A program made the position numbers and the translations under genes. Positions 49,151 to 61,379 of a stretch of 64,000 nt of DNA are shown here, piece by piece (the stretch's first letter is position 1; every line of letters begins with the position of its first letter). The notes below the pieces were generated by a model. The model did no database searches. It saw only the letters and a program-made list of their open reading frames with translations, and had not been told where the DNA came from. This DNA comes from Anthoceros angustus (Eukaryota; Plantae; Anthocerotophyta). The stretch lies in contig VJWM01000063.1 in assembly GCA_010909165.1 (NCBI GenBank), forward strand, positions 1,612,001 through 1,676,000, written 5' to 3'.

Positions 49151-50352
49151 CTGCAGCACATTTCCAATCAAAGTCACATACGTAAGAACAAACTTGGAAG
49201 GAGTAAGACCCCAGCAGACATACAAGATCCATAACCCACCTGCGCCATTGTGTGCAGATGGGTGGCGGGAAAATCCCTGCAGGCAACAGCCACCTAGCAA
49301 CAAGCTAGGAGCATACTGGAGGCCAGTCAGGACTTCAAAAGGGCTGCATCCAGGCCTCCCTTGCCATGAAAAATCGGTGGAGCGCCTGAATGTGCCCGCT
49401 GGGGAATGGGATCCCGGCTGGTCTGAAGAGGGCGGGCAGGCACCATATACATAGCTTGCAGGCAGGCCGGAGGCCCACCACCATGGCACCCATCGCTCCT
49501 TCACACCATAATGCTGCAGTCTGAGCATTGCTTCACTGCGTATCCGAGGAATCCAGTCGGCCCCGACCGACTAGATGCGCATACTTCACTTCCCCCTCCA
49601 CTCGATTCCTCTAGACAGCATATGAACAGCGATTTGCCAAAACGAGCACCCAGATATGGCCTTGCTTTCCCGGCCAACAGAGCTCGTCCATACCCCTATT
49701 CGCATCCCGCTAGGCCAACGAACATAGTCCATGTTCGTACCCTGCTCGGCCAGCCGACTTGGCCCATGTTGTTGGTTTTCTCCACAGTGACGCCACCAGT
49801 AGGCCCCAGCTTGTCTCAACAGCGCCATCTGTCCCAGGCTGTGCCAAGCCTTGAGATACTGACCGAGAGATTCTGCGGGAGTTGCAAGCTCGAAGCCAAG
49901 CTGTAGAACGGCCGCAGCCAGATTTTTTCCAAGCACACATGCAACCTCAGATAGCTCTAGCAGTGCTCGTTCAATTTTAAGATAAAGAATGATGCGAGTT
50001 GCGACTGCTGTAGAACAAAACAATTGAGAATGCAGCGAAGGCACAGGAATTTGCCAACCGCTCGTGCTTCGACCGGAATTGGATTGTCCGGCAGCACAAG
50101 CAACTCAGATCATTTAAGACTCTTGAGACACTGCTGTGCATTATCAGTCTAATTTACACGTTAATGTTGCGTGTCCGTCAATGAGACTCATGAGAGCCCG
50201 CCCCTTTTTGTCTACACCTCGAGTACTCGTACACTTAGTACCTATACAACCGCTTTTCCCAGACAAAGTTCTTGCAAGTCTTGCAAGTGCAACGACCTTG
50301 TTTTGCTGCCTGGAGGCAAGATAATGCCAAGAAAAGGCTCTAAAAACGCGTG

Positions 50353-51430
50353 TCAATCATACTCTAGTTCATCAGGAGTGATGGGATTCCTGAGTGGGAT
50401 GACAGACTTCTTCTCCTTGTCTCTCGGCATCGCTTTCCTCATGTCTGCAGAGGATTGCCGCGCAAACTCAGGATTCCAGCATGATATCCAACTTCGAAAG
50501 AGTGTGAATTGATATGGCTTACCTAGTCCATCCTCCTCTCCAGAATAATAACGAAGCACCCTTCGGTAGACGACATAACCCAGCTGAAACAGCACGACAT
50601 AGATGGAAACTGTCAGACGGAGGATTTGACCGATATAAGACGCGACGAGCAGCAGGGAGGTACATGTTCCTCTTACCTTCTCATACATCTGAATGGCCGG
50701 AGCATTGGATGCTCGAACAAAAAGGTCTACAAAATAAGCGTTGTGCCTGCCACACACAAGAGCCAGAAAGGGCCAGCCTGGTATAAAGATGTGCGATAGG
50801 AGAGACAACACGGCCCCACAGTTCAAACCGCAACAGCAGGAGAGGACATACGTCTTTTCAGTTACTTCCTCGAGAATCCCCATAAGTTTCTTCGCCAAAT
50901 TTTGCCGACGGTATTCGGGGGCTACACTCAAAGCCGTCACATGGCCATGCCATGACTCCACATGACCCTCGACCTTCCCCATAACTGCGTGCATCGACAA
51001 GACACCGAATTGCGATGAATTACACAGGTTATCAAACCACGGTCGTTCATCATCAAACTGGCATGTCCCAGCCCAGCAGACAGAAGTCACTACAGCTGAA
51101 AGAAACCCTTCACATCAGGCAGGAAAAAAAAGAGTTCGAAGGAATCAAGAAATCAGATTCGCAAGGTGACCCAACTGTAGCCCATCACACATCCATTGGG
51201 GCCCTTGGCGATGTGAAAATAGTCCGGCCATCTTGCAAGGTAAGTGAGGTAGAACGGCATGTTGTACTGTCGACAGGCAAAGAAACAAATCAGACTCCGG
51301 CTCGAGATCTTCCACCACGGACAACAACCAAATCAGGGAATGTTAGAACTACCGTTTCCGTGAGATAGTCCAAATTCACGGGCGAAATGCGCAGCAGGTC
51401 TTCGCAACAGAATCTCCGGATTGTCGTCAT
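50353..51430 (-). CDS. NAA20: N-terminal acetyltransferase B catalytic subunit
   Basis: MTTIRRFCCEDLLRISPVNLDYLTET/YNMPFYLTYLARWPDYF.../MGKVEGHVESWHGHVTALSVAPEYRRQNLAKKLM...FVDLFVRASN...YRRVLRYYSGEED...DMRKAMPRD. Confidence 0.95.
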
Positions 51431-51517
51431 AGCTTGAGCGATCGTCAATCCTACAACTTCCAATTCGCGACGACAACAAATCCTTCAATCCTCTCGCGAC
51501 GCAGTGTTTTATCGTAT

Positions 51518-51525
51518 AAACCCTA
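51518..51525. promoter_or_regulatory. Telo-box (AAACCCTA) upstream of NAA20
   Basis: Exact motif 88 bp upstream of the NAA20 ATG; function inferred. Confidence 0.35.
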
Positions 51526-51587
51526 GGGCGATGAGGAAGATACTAAGCCCTACATTTGTAAAATTTCCTTCTTGTTTCTCGGAAAGT

Positions 51588-52127
51588 CTATGTGGAAACT
51601 GCAGGGCTGGAATTGGCAGCAGCGACGGCAGAGCAGAGGCATCTCCACACGGGCACCAGCATGTCCACAGGGGGCTTGGTCTCCTGGAAAGCCAGCGCGA
51701 GCTTAGCCTCGTCTCTGAGGAGCAGAGCCAAGTAAGAATAGCAGCGAGTGGGCGTGACAGCCTCGTTGATGACGGCAGCCAGAACCGTGTGCATGGGGTA
51801 AAAGCGGTGCGACACCTTTCCGCTGCTGTAGACAGTCTCCAGCTGCACCCCCAAGTTCGGCATCACCACAACAGCCTCCTGCAGCACCGAGCGCCGTCTC
51901 CGAAGATGCGCACCTGCCAGAACCAAGGCTAGTAGGATCACCACACTGCCTGCCGCTTGGATCGTGCCGTAACTCAGAGCTGTGATTAGCACTAGAGGCA
52001 AAGGAAGCATCCACCGTCCGAGTCCCCTGCCTGCCGCCTGCGTCACAAACACCGTGTGTGTGGAGATTACAGGATGCCCAGGCTCCATCTCCTTCAGGCA
52101 CACGTACTTGTAGCGCTTGTGATGCAT
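51588..52127 (-). CDS. PIGH: GPI-GlcNAc transferase subunit H
   Basis: Intronless. Two TM segments then QEAVVVMPNLGVQLETVYSSGKVSHRFYP...VINEAVTPTRCYSYLALL...LAFQETKPPVDMLVPVWRCL, typical of PIG-H. Confidence 0.88.
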   Translation of the reverse strand: MHHKRYKYVCLKEMEPGHPVISTHTVFVTQAAGRGLGRWMLPLPLVLITALSYGTIQAAGSVVILLALVLAGAHLRRRRSVLQEAVVVMPNLGVQLETVYSSGKVSHRFYPMHTVLAAVINEAVTPTRCYSYLALLLRDEAKLALAFQETKPPVDMLVPVWRCLCSAVAAANSSPAVST

Positions 52128-52274
52128 CTTACCATCTCGGTCATGCCAAATCGTCCCCTGTGCTTATCACGCCTAGTGCAGAAGAAGAATATGCCGTTTC
52201 ATGGTGTATCGAAGTTTTGGTGTGTGATTTCAAAAGTTATGAATAAGTTGTTTGCTTCCCTCAAGAGCACGCTT

Positions 52275-52347
52275 GGTCGCGTGGCCTAATGGATAAGGCG
52301 CTCGCCTCCGGAGCGGGAGATTGTGGGTTCGAGTCCCACCGTGATCG
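52275..52347 (+). tRNA. tRNA-Arg(CCG): tRNA-Arg (anticodon CCG)
   Basis: 73-nt cloverleaf: acceptor GGTCGCG/CGTGATC, D-loop TGG, anticodon arm CTCGC-CTCCGGA-GCGGG, T-arm GTGGG-TTCGAGT-CCCAC. Confidence 0.95.
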
Positions 52348-52412
52348 AGAATTACCCCTCAGCCTTTGCTGAAAGGGTATTACTTACTTTTAAGAGAGGT
52401 TACATGTGAATT

Positions 52413-52488
52413 GCGCCACATATGATGACTGCATTGACGCCACATATGATGACTGCATTGACGCCACATATGATGACTGCAGTGACGC
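52413..52488. repeat. 24-bp x3 tandem repeat
   Basis: gacgccacatatgatgactgcatt repeated. Confidence 0.92.
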
Positions 52489-52612
52489 CTCTATGTCATC
52501 GGCTTGCCATGTATGTGCAAAAGAAGAAGAAGAAGAGTTTTATTTAAGTCATGGGCTTGCCATCTATGTGCAAAAGAAGAAAAAGAGGAATTTTATTTAA
52601 GTCCACGAAGGA

Positions 52613-53010
52613 CCAAGGGCATCCACTCCCTTTAGGCACCCCATCTAAGTGCCGATCCAAGCTTAGGATGCTTAATCATGGGAGTTGGTACTTAACAGTG
52701 TGCCTAAGCTACTTACACCAAGGGCATCCACTCCCTTTAAGCACCCCATCTAATGGGAGTTGGTACTTAACAACTTGTACCATGATGTGCCTAAGCTACT
52801 TACACCAAGGGCATCCACTCCCTTTAAGCACCCCATCTAAGTATCGATCCAAGCTCATGATGCTCAATCACGGCGTTCTTATAAATGTGTATCCATTTGG
52901 CCTAAGCCAAGGGCATCCACTCCCTTTAAGCACCCCATCTAAGTATCGATCCAAGCTCATGATGCTCAATCACGGCGTTCTTATAAATGTGTATCCATTT
53001 GGCCTAAGCC
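52613..53010. repeat. ~100-bp x4 degenerate tandem array
   Basis: ccaagggcatccactcccttta(g/a)gcaccccatctaa at 52613, 52718, 52805 and 52907. Confidence 0.9.
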
Positions 53011-53159
53011 ATTTGGACACACATGGACGATGGAGGCGAGCATCTGCAAATATAAATAAATGCATTGTGTATCCATGTGTAACATAGGGGATCAGAACCC
53101 TTGCTGAAGATTTCTTCCCTGGTTTGTTTTGATTTGTTTTAAAAAAAAAAGCTTTGTAG

Positions 53160-53697
53160 ATATGTGCAAAAGACATGGATGCAAGTGATGTGGCTTGTAT
53201 GTGATAACTTTTTTGTCGCCAATATTCCACACTTAGTTGCCTCGGCATCTTCAAGAAACTTTTGTCGTCTTATATAGGCCACATCATCGCATGACGGGAT
53301 TCCGTCTTATATGGGCCACATCATCGCATGACGGGATTCCTTCGTTTTATATGGCCCACATCATTGTATGATGGTCCGTATGCGGCAGAAAACTTTGTGT
53401 CTCACAACTTGGGCTCTAGTGTTTGGATGTAGCTATGTAGGTATGTGCAAAAAAAAGAAAGCAATGTAGGTATGTGCAAAAGACATGTATGGAATACACC
53501 ATCACCGGCTTGTGTGTGATAACTTTTTTGTTGCCAATATTCCACATTTACTTGCCTCGGTATCTTCAAGAAACTTTCGTCGTCTTATATGGGCCACATC
53601 ATCGCATGACGGGATTCCTTCATTTTATATGGGCCACATCATTGTATGACGGGCCGTATGCGGCAGAAAACTTTCTGTCTCACAACTTGGGCTCTAA
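53160..53697. repeat. Local duplication (~53160-53415 and ~53471-53697) with internal GGCCACATCATCGCATGACGGGATTCC repeats
   Basis: Both blocks start tatgtgcaaaagacatg and end gcagaaaacttt.tgtctcacaacttgggctcta. Confidence 0.85.
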
Positions 53698-56053
53698 ACA
53701 ACATATGTGTAGAAAGGGGTTTCTCCTGCCAAAAGGGGTTTTGGAAAAAATCCCAACCCTATTTTGCTGGAAACTAAAGTTGGTTTGGTTTTTGTTGGTT
53801 TTTGTAGGTGCTCATCCATCGGTTTCGGGCATTCTCGGCTCCGGCACCACTTCCTGTCGAGTCATTTATACCGCTCTGGCGCCTTGTACTCAGGTTCATG
53901 GCGATTTAGTCGGTGTGATGAAGGGCCAATGACCTCATTGTTCCATAATTTCGTCATGTCCGTAGTTTGTGCATTTTGTGTGGTTTTGTATGTTTTTGTA
54001 TACCAGGGGGGCTTTGGCGCACATCAGTGCACGCCTAAATAACACTATGCGCAAACTTGTGCACGCACTATGCAAAAAGAATGCGAAAAATGATCTTCTA
54101 ATGGGGAAACATGTCCTTTTGGAGGTCTGAAGATGTGCCGGAACTCCCGACAAAATAACAAGTAGCAGACATCGGCGGAGGTTCACCTAGACCACTCTCA
54201 TATATCTATCCTATGCCCTAATGCGATGAAGAACACCCTATCCCTTTTTATCCTTTACGGTGTTTAGTCTCTTTCGTGATGACCTAATCGGGTTATCATC
54301 AAACATGCGGGGGCCCTGGGTGAACAAGTGCACCAAGGGGCAAGGGGCCAGTGCACGCACTTATGCGTGCACCAAGGGGCAAGGGGCCAGTGCACGCATA
54401 AGTGCGCGCACCAAGGTCAAGAAGGGCCTAGGAGCATGAACCCATATGGTTCATGCCTCCTAGTGCATTCAGAGTTCATCAAAGAAAAAGAGCAAAAATC
54501 TAAAAACCTCAAAAAGTCCAATTTTTGAGGCAAGTCTGTACTTGCCTAAAATTTTTGATATTTTTTGAAAATTTTGGTACTTTTTTTGATATTTTTGTTG
54601 TTTTAAAGGGTTCCTTTCGACGTTTTCAACCTTTTTTTTGCACCTCCTCAATGTGGATATGTTCTTATCTTTACTTAGCCCTCATTTTTTTCTAGTGGTT
54701 AAAACTTTGAACTAGTAGTGAGAACCTTTTGCATCTTTTGAATCTTGAGACGTTTGGCGTGGGCCTAGCTCCAAGTACAAACCATGCCACTCTCATTCTC
54801 GCACTGCACGCAGATCAAGAGCATCAGGTCAACGAAGATATTATTGTCCTAATGTCTAAGAAACAAAGTCCTATAAAATTCCCACAGCGAGAGTATAGTC
54901 TTAGGATTGACTGGTATGAATGAAAGGTTGGTGCGCAAACAAGTTTGCAATCTACAAGCCCTAAAAACTCTAAGCGTTTGTATCGTCCAACACAGCAATG
55001 ATTGCGGATGTTGGAAGCTGTTAGATGTAAGTGCGCATAAGTTTTTCCAATTACGTGTCTAGTTTGAAAGAAAAAGCCGAGCGAGAATGGGACTTTAGGT
55101 TTTGCCACGTACTTGCAATCTACAATCTCAAATAACGTGTATCAAAACAATTATTCAAAAGGTTGCGGGTGACATGTCTGCAGAGAAGTACCAAAAAGGC
55201 TGATTATAGTGCGGATTTTTCAAGTGCAAAAAAGAGTTCGGCCACGTTCGTGTGCAAAAAGGGGTTTCAGGAGAAACCCCTTTCTACACAGACGCTATTT
55301 CTAGTGTTTGGATGTTGTCATCCAGGTTTTTTCCTGCCTTTTAGGAGTTTTCTTACACACATTCACATGTTTCTTTTCGCCTGGAACACACATGCACATG
55401 TTTGGTAGACACATCTGGCCCTGCACAAAGGCCCCAGATGTTCGGTCCCATTCGATGAATACAGATGCAACGGCTCGCCATCAAGTGTCCAAATCGATGG
55501 TTGGGGACCAGAATTACATGTTCAAGAGTGTGTCTCCTCAAGGCTGCTGAAGGCTGCTGAATGTCTACTCAAGGATGCTGAAGGATAATGAAGGCCGCTG
55601 AATTTCTGCTCAAGGGTGGTGAAGGCTGCTAAAGGTTGTTCAAGGGCTAGACATGGTCCCATACTTTGTGGCTCAGGTTCAGGTTCGCGAGGGTTAGCTA
55701 GATGATATGGCTGCTTGCGCGAATGTACTTGCAAGCGCCAATGTTCCCACAGCCCCAAGAAAGAAAAACATGTGTATTGCACGCAAAAAGATTCTTGACA
55801 CACCTCTTGACCACATCGGTACATGGGGCAGCCCCCCTCCCCTTCCCTTGGCGATAATATCGGTGTGTACTAAGTTTTCTCGCCCGTGTCACGGAAAACT
55901 TCTTATGCAACCCTCAATTAAAAAAACTCTTGGTATCACAGTGACGGTATTTCATAGACACGCGGCATTCATGTGAATCACTTGCCATCTATATAGGTAT
56001 GGGCAAAAGACAAATGGCATTTATGTGGAGGTGGCGAAGACCGGGCGAAGTCA

Positions 56054-56127
56054 TGGAGATGCGGGGTATCCATCCTCGTACCTCTCACATGCTAAGCGAG
56101 CGCTCTACCCATCTGAGCTACACCCCC
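56054..56127 (-). pseudogene. tRNA-Ala(AGC): tRNA-Ala(AGC), probably pseudogene
   Basis: Reverse complement GGGGGTGTAGCTCAGATGGGTAGAGCGCTCGCTTAGCATGTGAGAGGTACGAGGATGGATACCCCGCATCTCCA. Differs from the usual plant tRNA-Ala by an extra D-loop G, an A-C mismatch in the T-stem and T-loop ATGGATA instead of ATCGATA. Confidence 0.75.
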
Positions 56128-57699
56128 AATTACGTTCTATGCTACATCCCCAGTTACGTTTCTACCATCTATACGATGTAGCACTTAACAACAACCCTTT
56201 CGTAGTTTATTTATAGCGTCAAGAAACAAATACTAAGAAAATGCTAGAGTAATTATTTAAGACATTTCAGTGAAAGAGGCATTTTAGTCGGAATCCTTAA
56301 GCTTCGTGCGGCAACAGTTGATGCATCCTCTTTATGTAGGCCCTTCACTATTCCTCCAAATGACATTATCGGGGTGGTAGGTCACTTTAGGGATGGAGCT
56401 TACTTGCTCCTTCTTACCGCAACCCCTGGGGTTCTCCCTTCGATGTCCTCTGCGAGAGCAAGTAGACTCTCCCTATCTTCTCCTCCCCTCAGTAAAGAAT
56501 GTTGCTTGAAATTCATTTGTAAACAAGGGGTCCATGAAGGTTCTACACATGTGCACATTCGCCTTGTTCCAAGGTATTGTCATGTTGTGCTTCCTTTGTT
56601 TCCCCATAGTGTTATTTTACAATTATTCACATGGGAGAATTGTATTCCAAGTCTAACGTGCTTCCTTTTGTTTTCCATATTTAAGGAACATGTTGAGGCT
56701 AAGGACATGTAAGAAATGACAACTCTACATGTATGTTGTGAGTCTAGACACATAAGTTTCATGAATAATGACCTCATGTAATTAAACAAGCGGCCTGATC
56801 ACATAGTTGGTATTATTCTTTGCATAGGTATCAAAATATATTAAGTTTGGATAGTTGTAGACATCTCTGATACTCCATCTTTGATACTCTTGTTGTCATT
56901 AATACGTCCAAAAGAGGCTGCTACTTTAAAAAACCTTGCGGAATATGACTCATTCTAACCTGATCCACACATATGTGAAACTACATGCAATCTCAAAAGA
57001 AGTTGCATAACATAAACCTAGTGCAAGATAAATCAGACATAATACCATGAGAAATGAAGACGATTCTATGTGATCTAAGAGAGATGGGGAATGTCATCTA
57101 CAATTTTGTGAGAAAATAGACTCGTAAAAGACATTGTGAGCACAATATTGTAAACAGGGAAGCCTGACTAAGATGGTAGGAACAATTTGATAAGTATATG
57201 CTCGAGTAATTCTTGTTAATAAAGATTAACTAAGTATGTAGCTCATATCCATACATTACGTATAGCCCAAACCAAACATGGCAAGATATGGCACATAATG
57301 TATCGTAGTTGATATGGTTATTTGAGCGTTAAATATTTTTTTGGTCTACCTAAAAATTATCATAAAGATTGTAAAATTTTGAGAAAGCTCTACATTGTAT
57401 GGGCATAACTGTACAAGTGCCTCTTTTTCATAATGGATACCTGATTAGAAGCGGATTATTTTTTACTTTCAAATTTGGTTTGTCTAACGTCCTCTCTAAT
57501 AAGAGATTGCATGAAGCATGCAACACATGCATCTTCTTAACATGGCAGCTGCTAACTTAGCCTTTTACCCCCTTTTAATTTTTTACCTTTCTACTTTATT
57601 TTACCAGTACCATTCCTCTCTCCTCCACTGGGAAGATATCATTTTCCTCAATGACCTCCACTGTAACATGAGATCATCCATGATCCTTGTTGCACATCT

Positions 57700-58880
57700 T
57701 CAAGTGAAGCCTTACCAGATATTCTGGTGCATTACCACGGACAACAGATGCGCTTCAGAACTACGAAAAGTCCTCCATACTTAGGCCTTAACTTTGAGGT
57801 CAACCCTTGTGGTAGTGAAAAAATTCTTCAATTTCACCCAGACCTGATCACCTATTTGAAACTCTGCCTCTTTCATGTGCCTGTCAGCAAACTTCTTTTG
57901 CCTGTCCTGAGCCTTGGCCAATATCTTCTTAGCAACTTCAGGTCTGGCTCTTAACTGCTCAATGAATTCACGTGGTACTCTTGTTGTTGTCTCAAACACG
58001 CCAACATTCAACATGGAAACTACGTCCATTGCTTCGTTACCTGAAATCTGAAAAGGCATATAGCCTGTGGAGCCATGTATAGTGTTATTGTAACAAAACT
58101 CTGTATCTTCAAGATGATTACTCCAGTCTCACTAGTCCATCTGTACATAGTTTCGTAAGTATTCTTCTTGGATTCCATTCACCCTCTCTGTTGATCCATC
58201 TATATCAGGGTGGTACGCTCTGCTCATACATAATTGCACTCATAAGCTCTTCATAAGTTGTTGCTAAAACTCTGCAGTAAATCTGGAATCTCTGTCACTC
58301 ACAATCTGCATAGGGAGTCCATATAACACATATACATGCTTCTTGAACAACTGAGCAACTTCAGAAGCTTTCACTCGCTTCTTCGTAGGGATGAAATGTG
58401 CTTGCTTTCTGAATCTATTAACTACTATCATGATAGTTGTGTGTCCATCACTGGCTGGCAATGGCATAATGAAATCCATTGATATACTTTTCCAAGGCCC
58501 ACTTGGAATAGGCAGGGGTTGCAACAAACCTCGCGGACTTGTCTGCTCCACCTTATCATGCTGGCAATCTACACAAGACTTAACATACTCAACAGTATGC
58601 TTGTACATTCCAGGCCAATAAAACAGCTTTCTCAACTTCTCATAAGTTGGGGCAATCCCTCGATGACCTGCACTTGGCACATCATTACATTCTGCAAGCA
58701 ACTTCCTTCTCAACTCTTGAGAATTAGGAATCACAATCCTATTTTGCTTGAACATCAACAAGCCATCCCTAAGCTTAAACTTAGATCCCGGTTGCTCCAC
58801 TTCATTGATCCAATCCTGTACTGATGGATCTTGCAGATAAGCTTCCTTGCGTGTGAGTGTCCCTTGGCTCAATCAACATC
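57700..58880 (-). mobile_element. Ty3/gypsy retrotransposon remnant (integrase)
   Basis: ORF 58264-58872 has integrase-associated GHRG...TYEKLRKLFYWPGM...CVDCQ, GLLQPLPIPSGPWKSISMDFI and IVSDRDSRFT. ORF 57781-58059 has AQDRQKKFADRH...FQIGDQVWV. Stops and frameshifts in between. Confidence 0.93.
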
Positions 58881-59061
58881 TGTGTTGCAACTAGCTTAGG
58901 TCTCTTCAGCGTAAAAGCAGTTATTAAACTTAAACTGTACTTCCGACTCAAGGCATCAACCCAAAACCCATATCGGTGTAGTAGTTCGTGGCAAAGACAT
59001 GAGGGAAGAAACTGTAAGAGTGTGGGAAAAGAAGAGCCTTAGACAAATCGCCCAAGCAAGT

Positions 59062-59125
59062 CCCTTGGGATCGAACCTATGTATTTAACAACCGTGGAAT
59101 AAGTCTGGCCACTGAGGCTACCTCT
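59062..59125 (-). other. tRNA-derived Pol III A/B-box pair (possible SINE head)
   Basis: Minus strand TAGCCTCAGTGG followed 43 nt later by GGTTCGATCCC, tRNA-like spacing. No convincing cloverleaf. Confidence 0.4.
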
Positions 59126-59766
59126 GTGTGACCGGGATAAACCTACCACAACTCCTAAGAGAGGACGCCCTTTAGAAGAGAAACGCCTAAGAGAGGAGGC
59201 ACTCCACTACATATGCAAAGTGGAAGCAACCATGTAGAAGAGAAACTCCTAAGAGAGGACACTCTTGATAATCGGTTGAGGTCGATGCCATGGTGAAGCA
59301 TGACATCACCGTACCACTTCTCCATCAGAAGCTACTTCAAAGTACCTTGGTCTTGCAATCGGTTGTCAATAGCAAAAGCCGACAACTCATATTGTAGCAC
59401 CAAGGCCCAACGATACTAGAGGTTTGGATCGTGCAAGAGTTTTGGAAGGTTTTGGATGTTTTTGGCAGGGAGCCATTCACGGATTTAGGGCTTTGCTAGG
59501 ATCTTGTGCTACCTTGGCTGTTAGATTAGCTTGTGAGTAGCTTGAAATGCTCAAGCGTACAGCTTCACTATTTTTGACAGCTTAGGAACTTGGCTTTTGG
59601 CCATAGATATAACTATACCGCTTCACAGCACGACAATTCTCATGGCACGGATTGATTACGTAAGATAAATCTCGTAATTGAACTATGAAATGTAGTAAAG
59701 ATGGTAGCCGTATACGTAGATGTGAGTATGTAGTACAACATGAGGTAAGAAGGATATCTATAAATA

Positions 59767-59769
<3 letters not shown>

Positions 59770-59827
<58 letters not shown>
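59770..59827. repeat. (AT)n microsatellite, ~29 units
   Basis: Direct reading. Confidence 0.99.
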
Positions 59828-59829
<2 letters not shown>

Positions 59830-60138
59830 GGTGGACTATTATTGATATTAAACAAGATGTCGAGCATAGGCACAACTAGGGCCTATATATGTAGGAGCTG
59901 TGATCCTAGTCTTCATGGTAGAAATATATTACTTGTTGTGCTTCACAAAGGTAACTACTTAAGGTTGTTTTCATTGTAAGTTTTCTTTTTCCAAGATACT
60001 ACGATTGTAATTGATCTTGAAATTATGTGATAAAAACGTATTACTTGTTGTGCATTTTACCTTAAAAAATGTTATTTTTTGTGTACTTTTATGTAGGGAG
60101 ATAAGGCTTTTTTTTGTTACAAGTGTTCTTGTTTCAAG

Positions 60139-60333
60139 ATGGGTTTCATCGACACAAAAGAAGCAAGCAAACAACGTATAGCCACTTACAAAGCGTTTGA
60201 GGTACCTGGCAAGATAAAAGACTCGATGAGGAACAGCGTTCAATGGGTAAAAAAGAAAATGACTCGTGATCCAAGCCCAAAGATGGGAGATCCTAGATTT
60301 CGTAGGTTTTATTTGCCTAAAGATCAGGAGTAA
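60139..60333 (+). CDS. Small DUF3511-like protein or terminal exon/fragment
   Basis: MGFIDTKEASKQRIATYKAFEVPGKIKDSMRNSVQWVKKK resembles the DUF3511 core WGFxDPExKRKKRVASYKxYxVEGKxKxSxRxSFRWIK (recalled consensus). ATG directly follows a pyrimidine-rich AG, so it could be a spliced exon. Confidence 0.55.
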   Translation: MGFIDTKEASKQRIATYKAFEVPGKIKDSMRNSVQWVKKKMTRDPSPKMGDPRFRRFYLPKDQE

Positions 60334-61379
60334 TTAATAAATAGTCATTCAAATTCAAATTTCAAATTAAAGAATCCAACTGGTAGAGGATGGATGTTTG
60401 GATATGAAACATTTTGAGAAATTTTCATCTATTCTAAAGTGTTTCTTCTATTTAAAAGTTTAAAACTATTCCTTTTAAAAAAAAGTGGTTCTTGGTTTAT
60501 TGAATTTGTACCTATTGGTGTCTATTTAGTAATGAGTTTGCCTCCTTCTCGTGCGAACCGGAACGTATAAATCATGGATGCTTGTTCTTCTACACTAATC
60601 CTAGCAACATGATGACGGGAGTCAGATTCAAATTTATCATATTGATATTCTAAGTATGAGCCTAAAGACATGCTCAAAACTTTACCCTACCTTAATCGTA
60701 ATGGCTAGGATGCCCGCTTATGTGTTAACCCGTACTTCCTCCCACACAATACTGCGTGAAGAAATAGATCTAATGACTCGTAGGCCAACAACAAAAGTAA
60801 TTCTATCTTCAACTAAAATTCGCGAACAGCAGACATGGTGTCACGCGCCAAAGGCCGGGCCCGAAGTTTCCTCTCACAATATGAAATTGAGAATATGCTT
60901 CAGGTCTACTTTGCTTGGTCACAAGACTCCATCTACGTTACCACCCATCACTTAGCCACATGACGATGGATTTCCGACCAGCCTGTTGGCACCACGTTAG
61001 TTGCCCTAGGGGTGAATGAAAGAAATATAGCTTGAACTAATATCCTCAGTCCTAGATTATCTAGACAAACTGCAACATAATCATATCCTAAAAAATATAC
61101 ACAAAAACCATTTTAAAATGACCAAGATTCAATGAAATAAGGACACATGACTTTGCTTTTGCCCATAATTGAAGCTTAAACAATCTTAAGCACCTACCAA
61201 TAAATGTAGAATAAACGTAGAGGCATGTTTACTCGTGCAAAGTAGGTCGGAACAGGAGGTTACGGTTGGGGAAATGGTCCCACTACCAACATCTCATTAG
61301 TGAGGAGTCATAAAATAGTATATTAGGGGTAATATCTAAATTAGGGCACCCTTCATATTCAAGACCTAAATCTCTAATT

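Noticed and set aside
49586-50044. 152-aa minus ORF between NAA20 and NPF
   Set aside because: No recognisable homology. It may contain the missing NPF first exon (e.g. MDYVRWPSGMRIG|GT), but that cannot be supported without transcripts.
57500-57780. Chromodomain after the gypsy integrase
   Set aside because: Translation of this stretch is broken and I could not see the aromatic-cage motif; LTR and PPT boundaries were also not identifiable.
59640-59879. ORFs with poly-YI tracts
   Set aside because: Produced by the (AT)n microsatellite.
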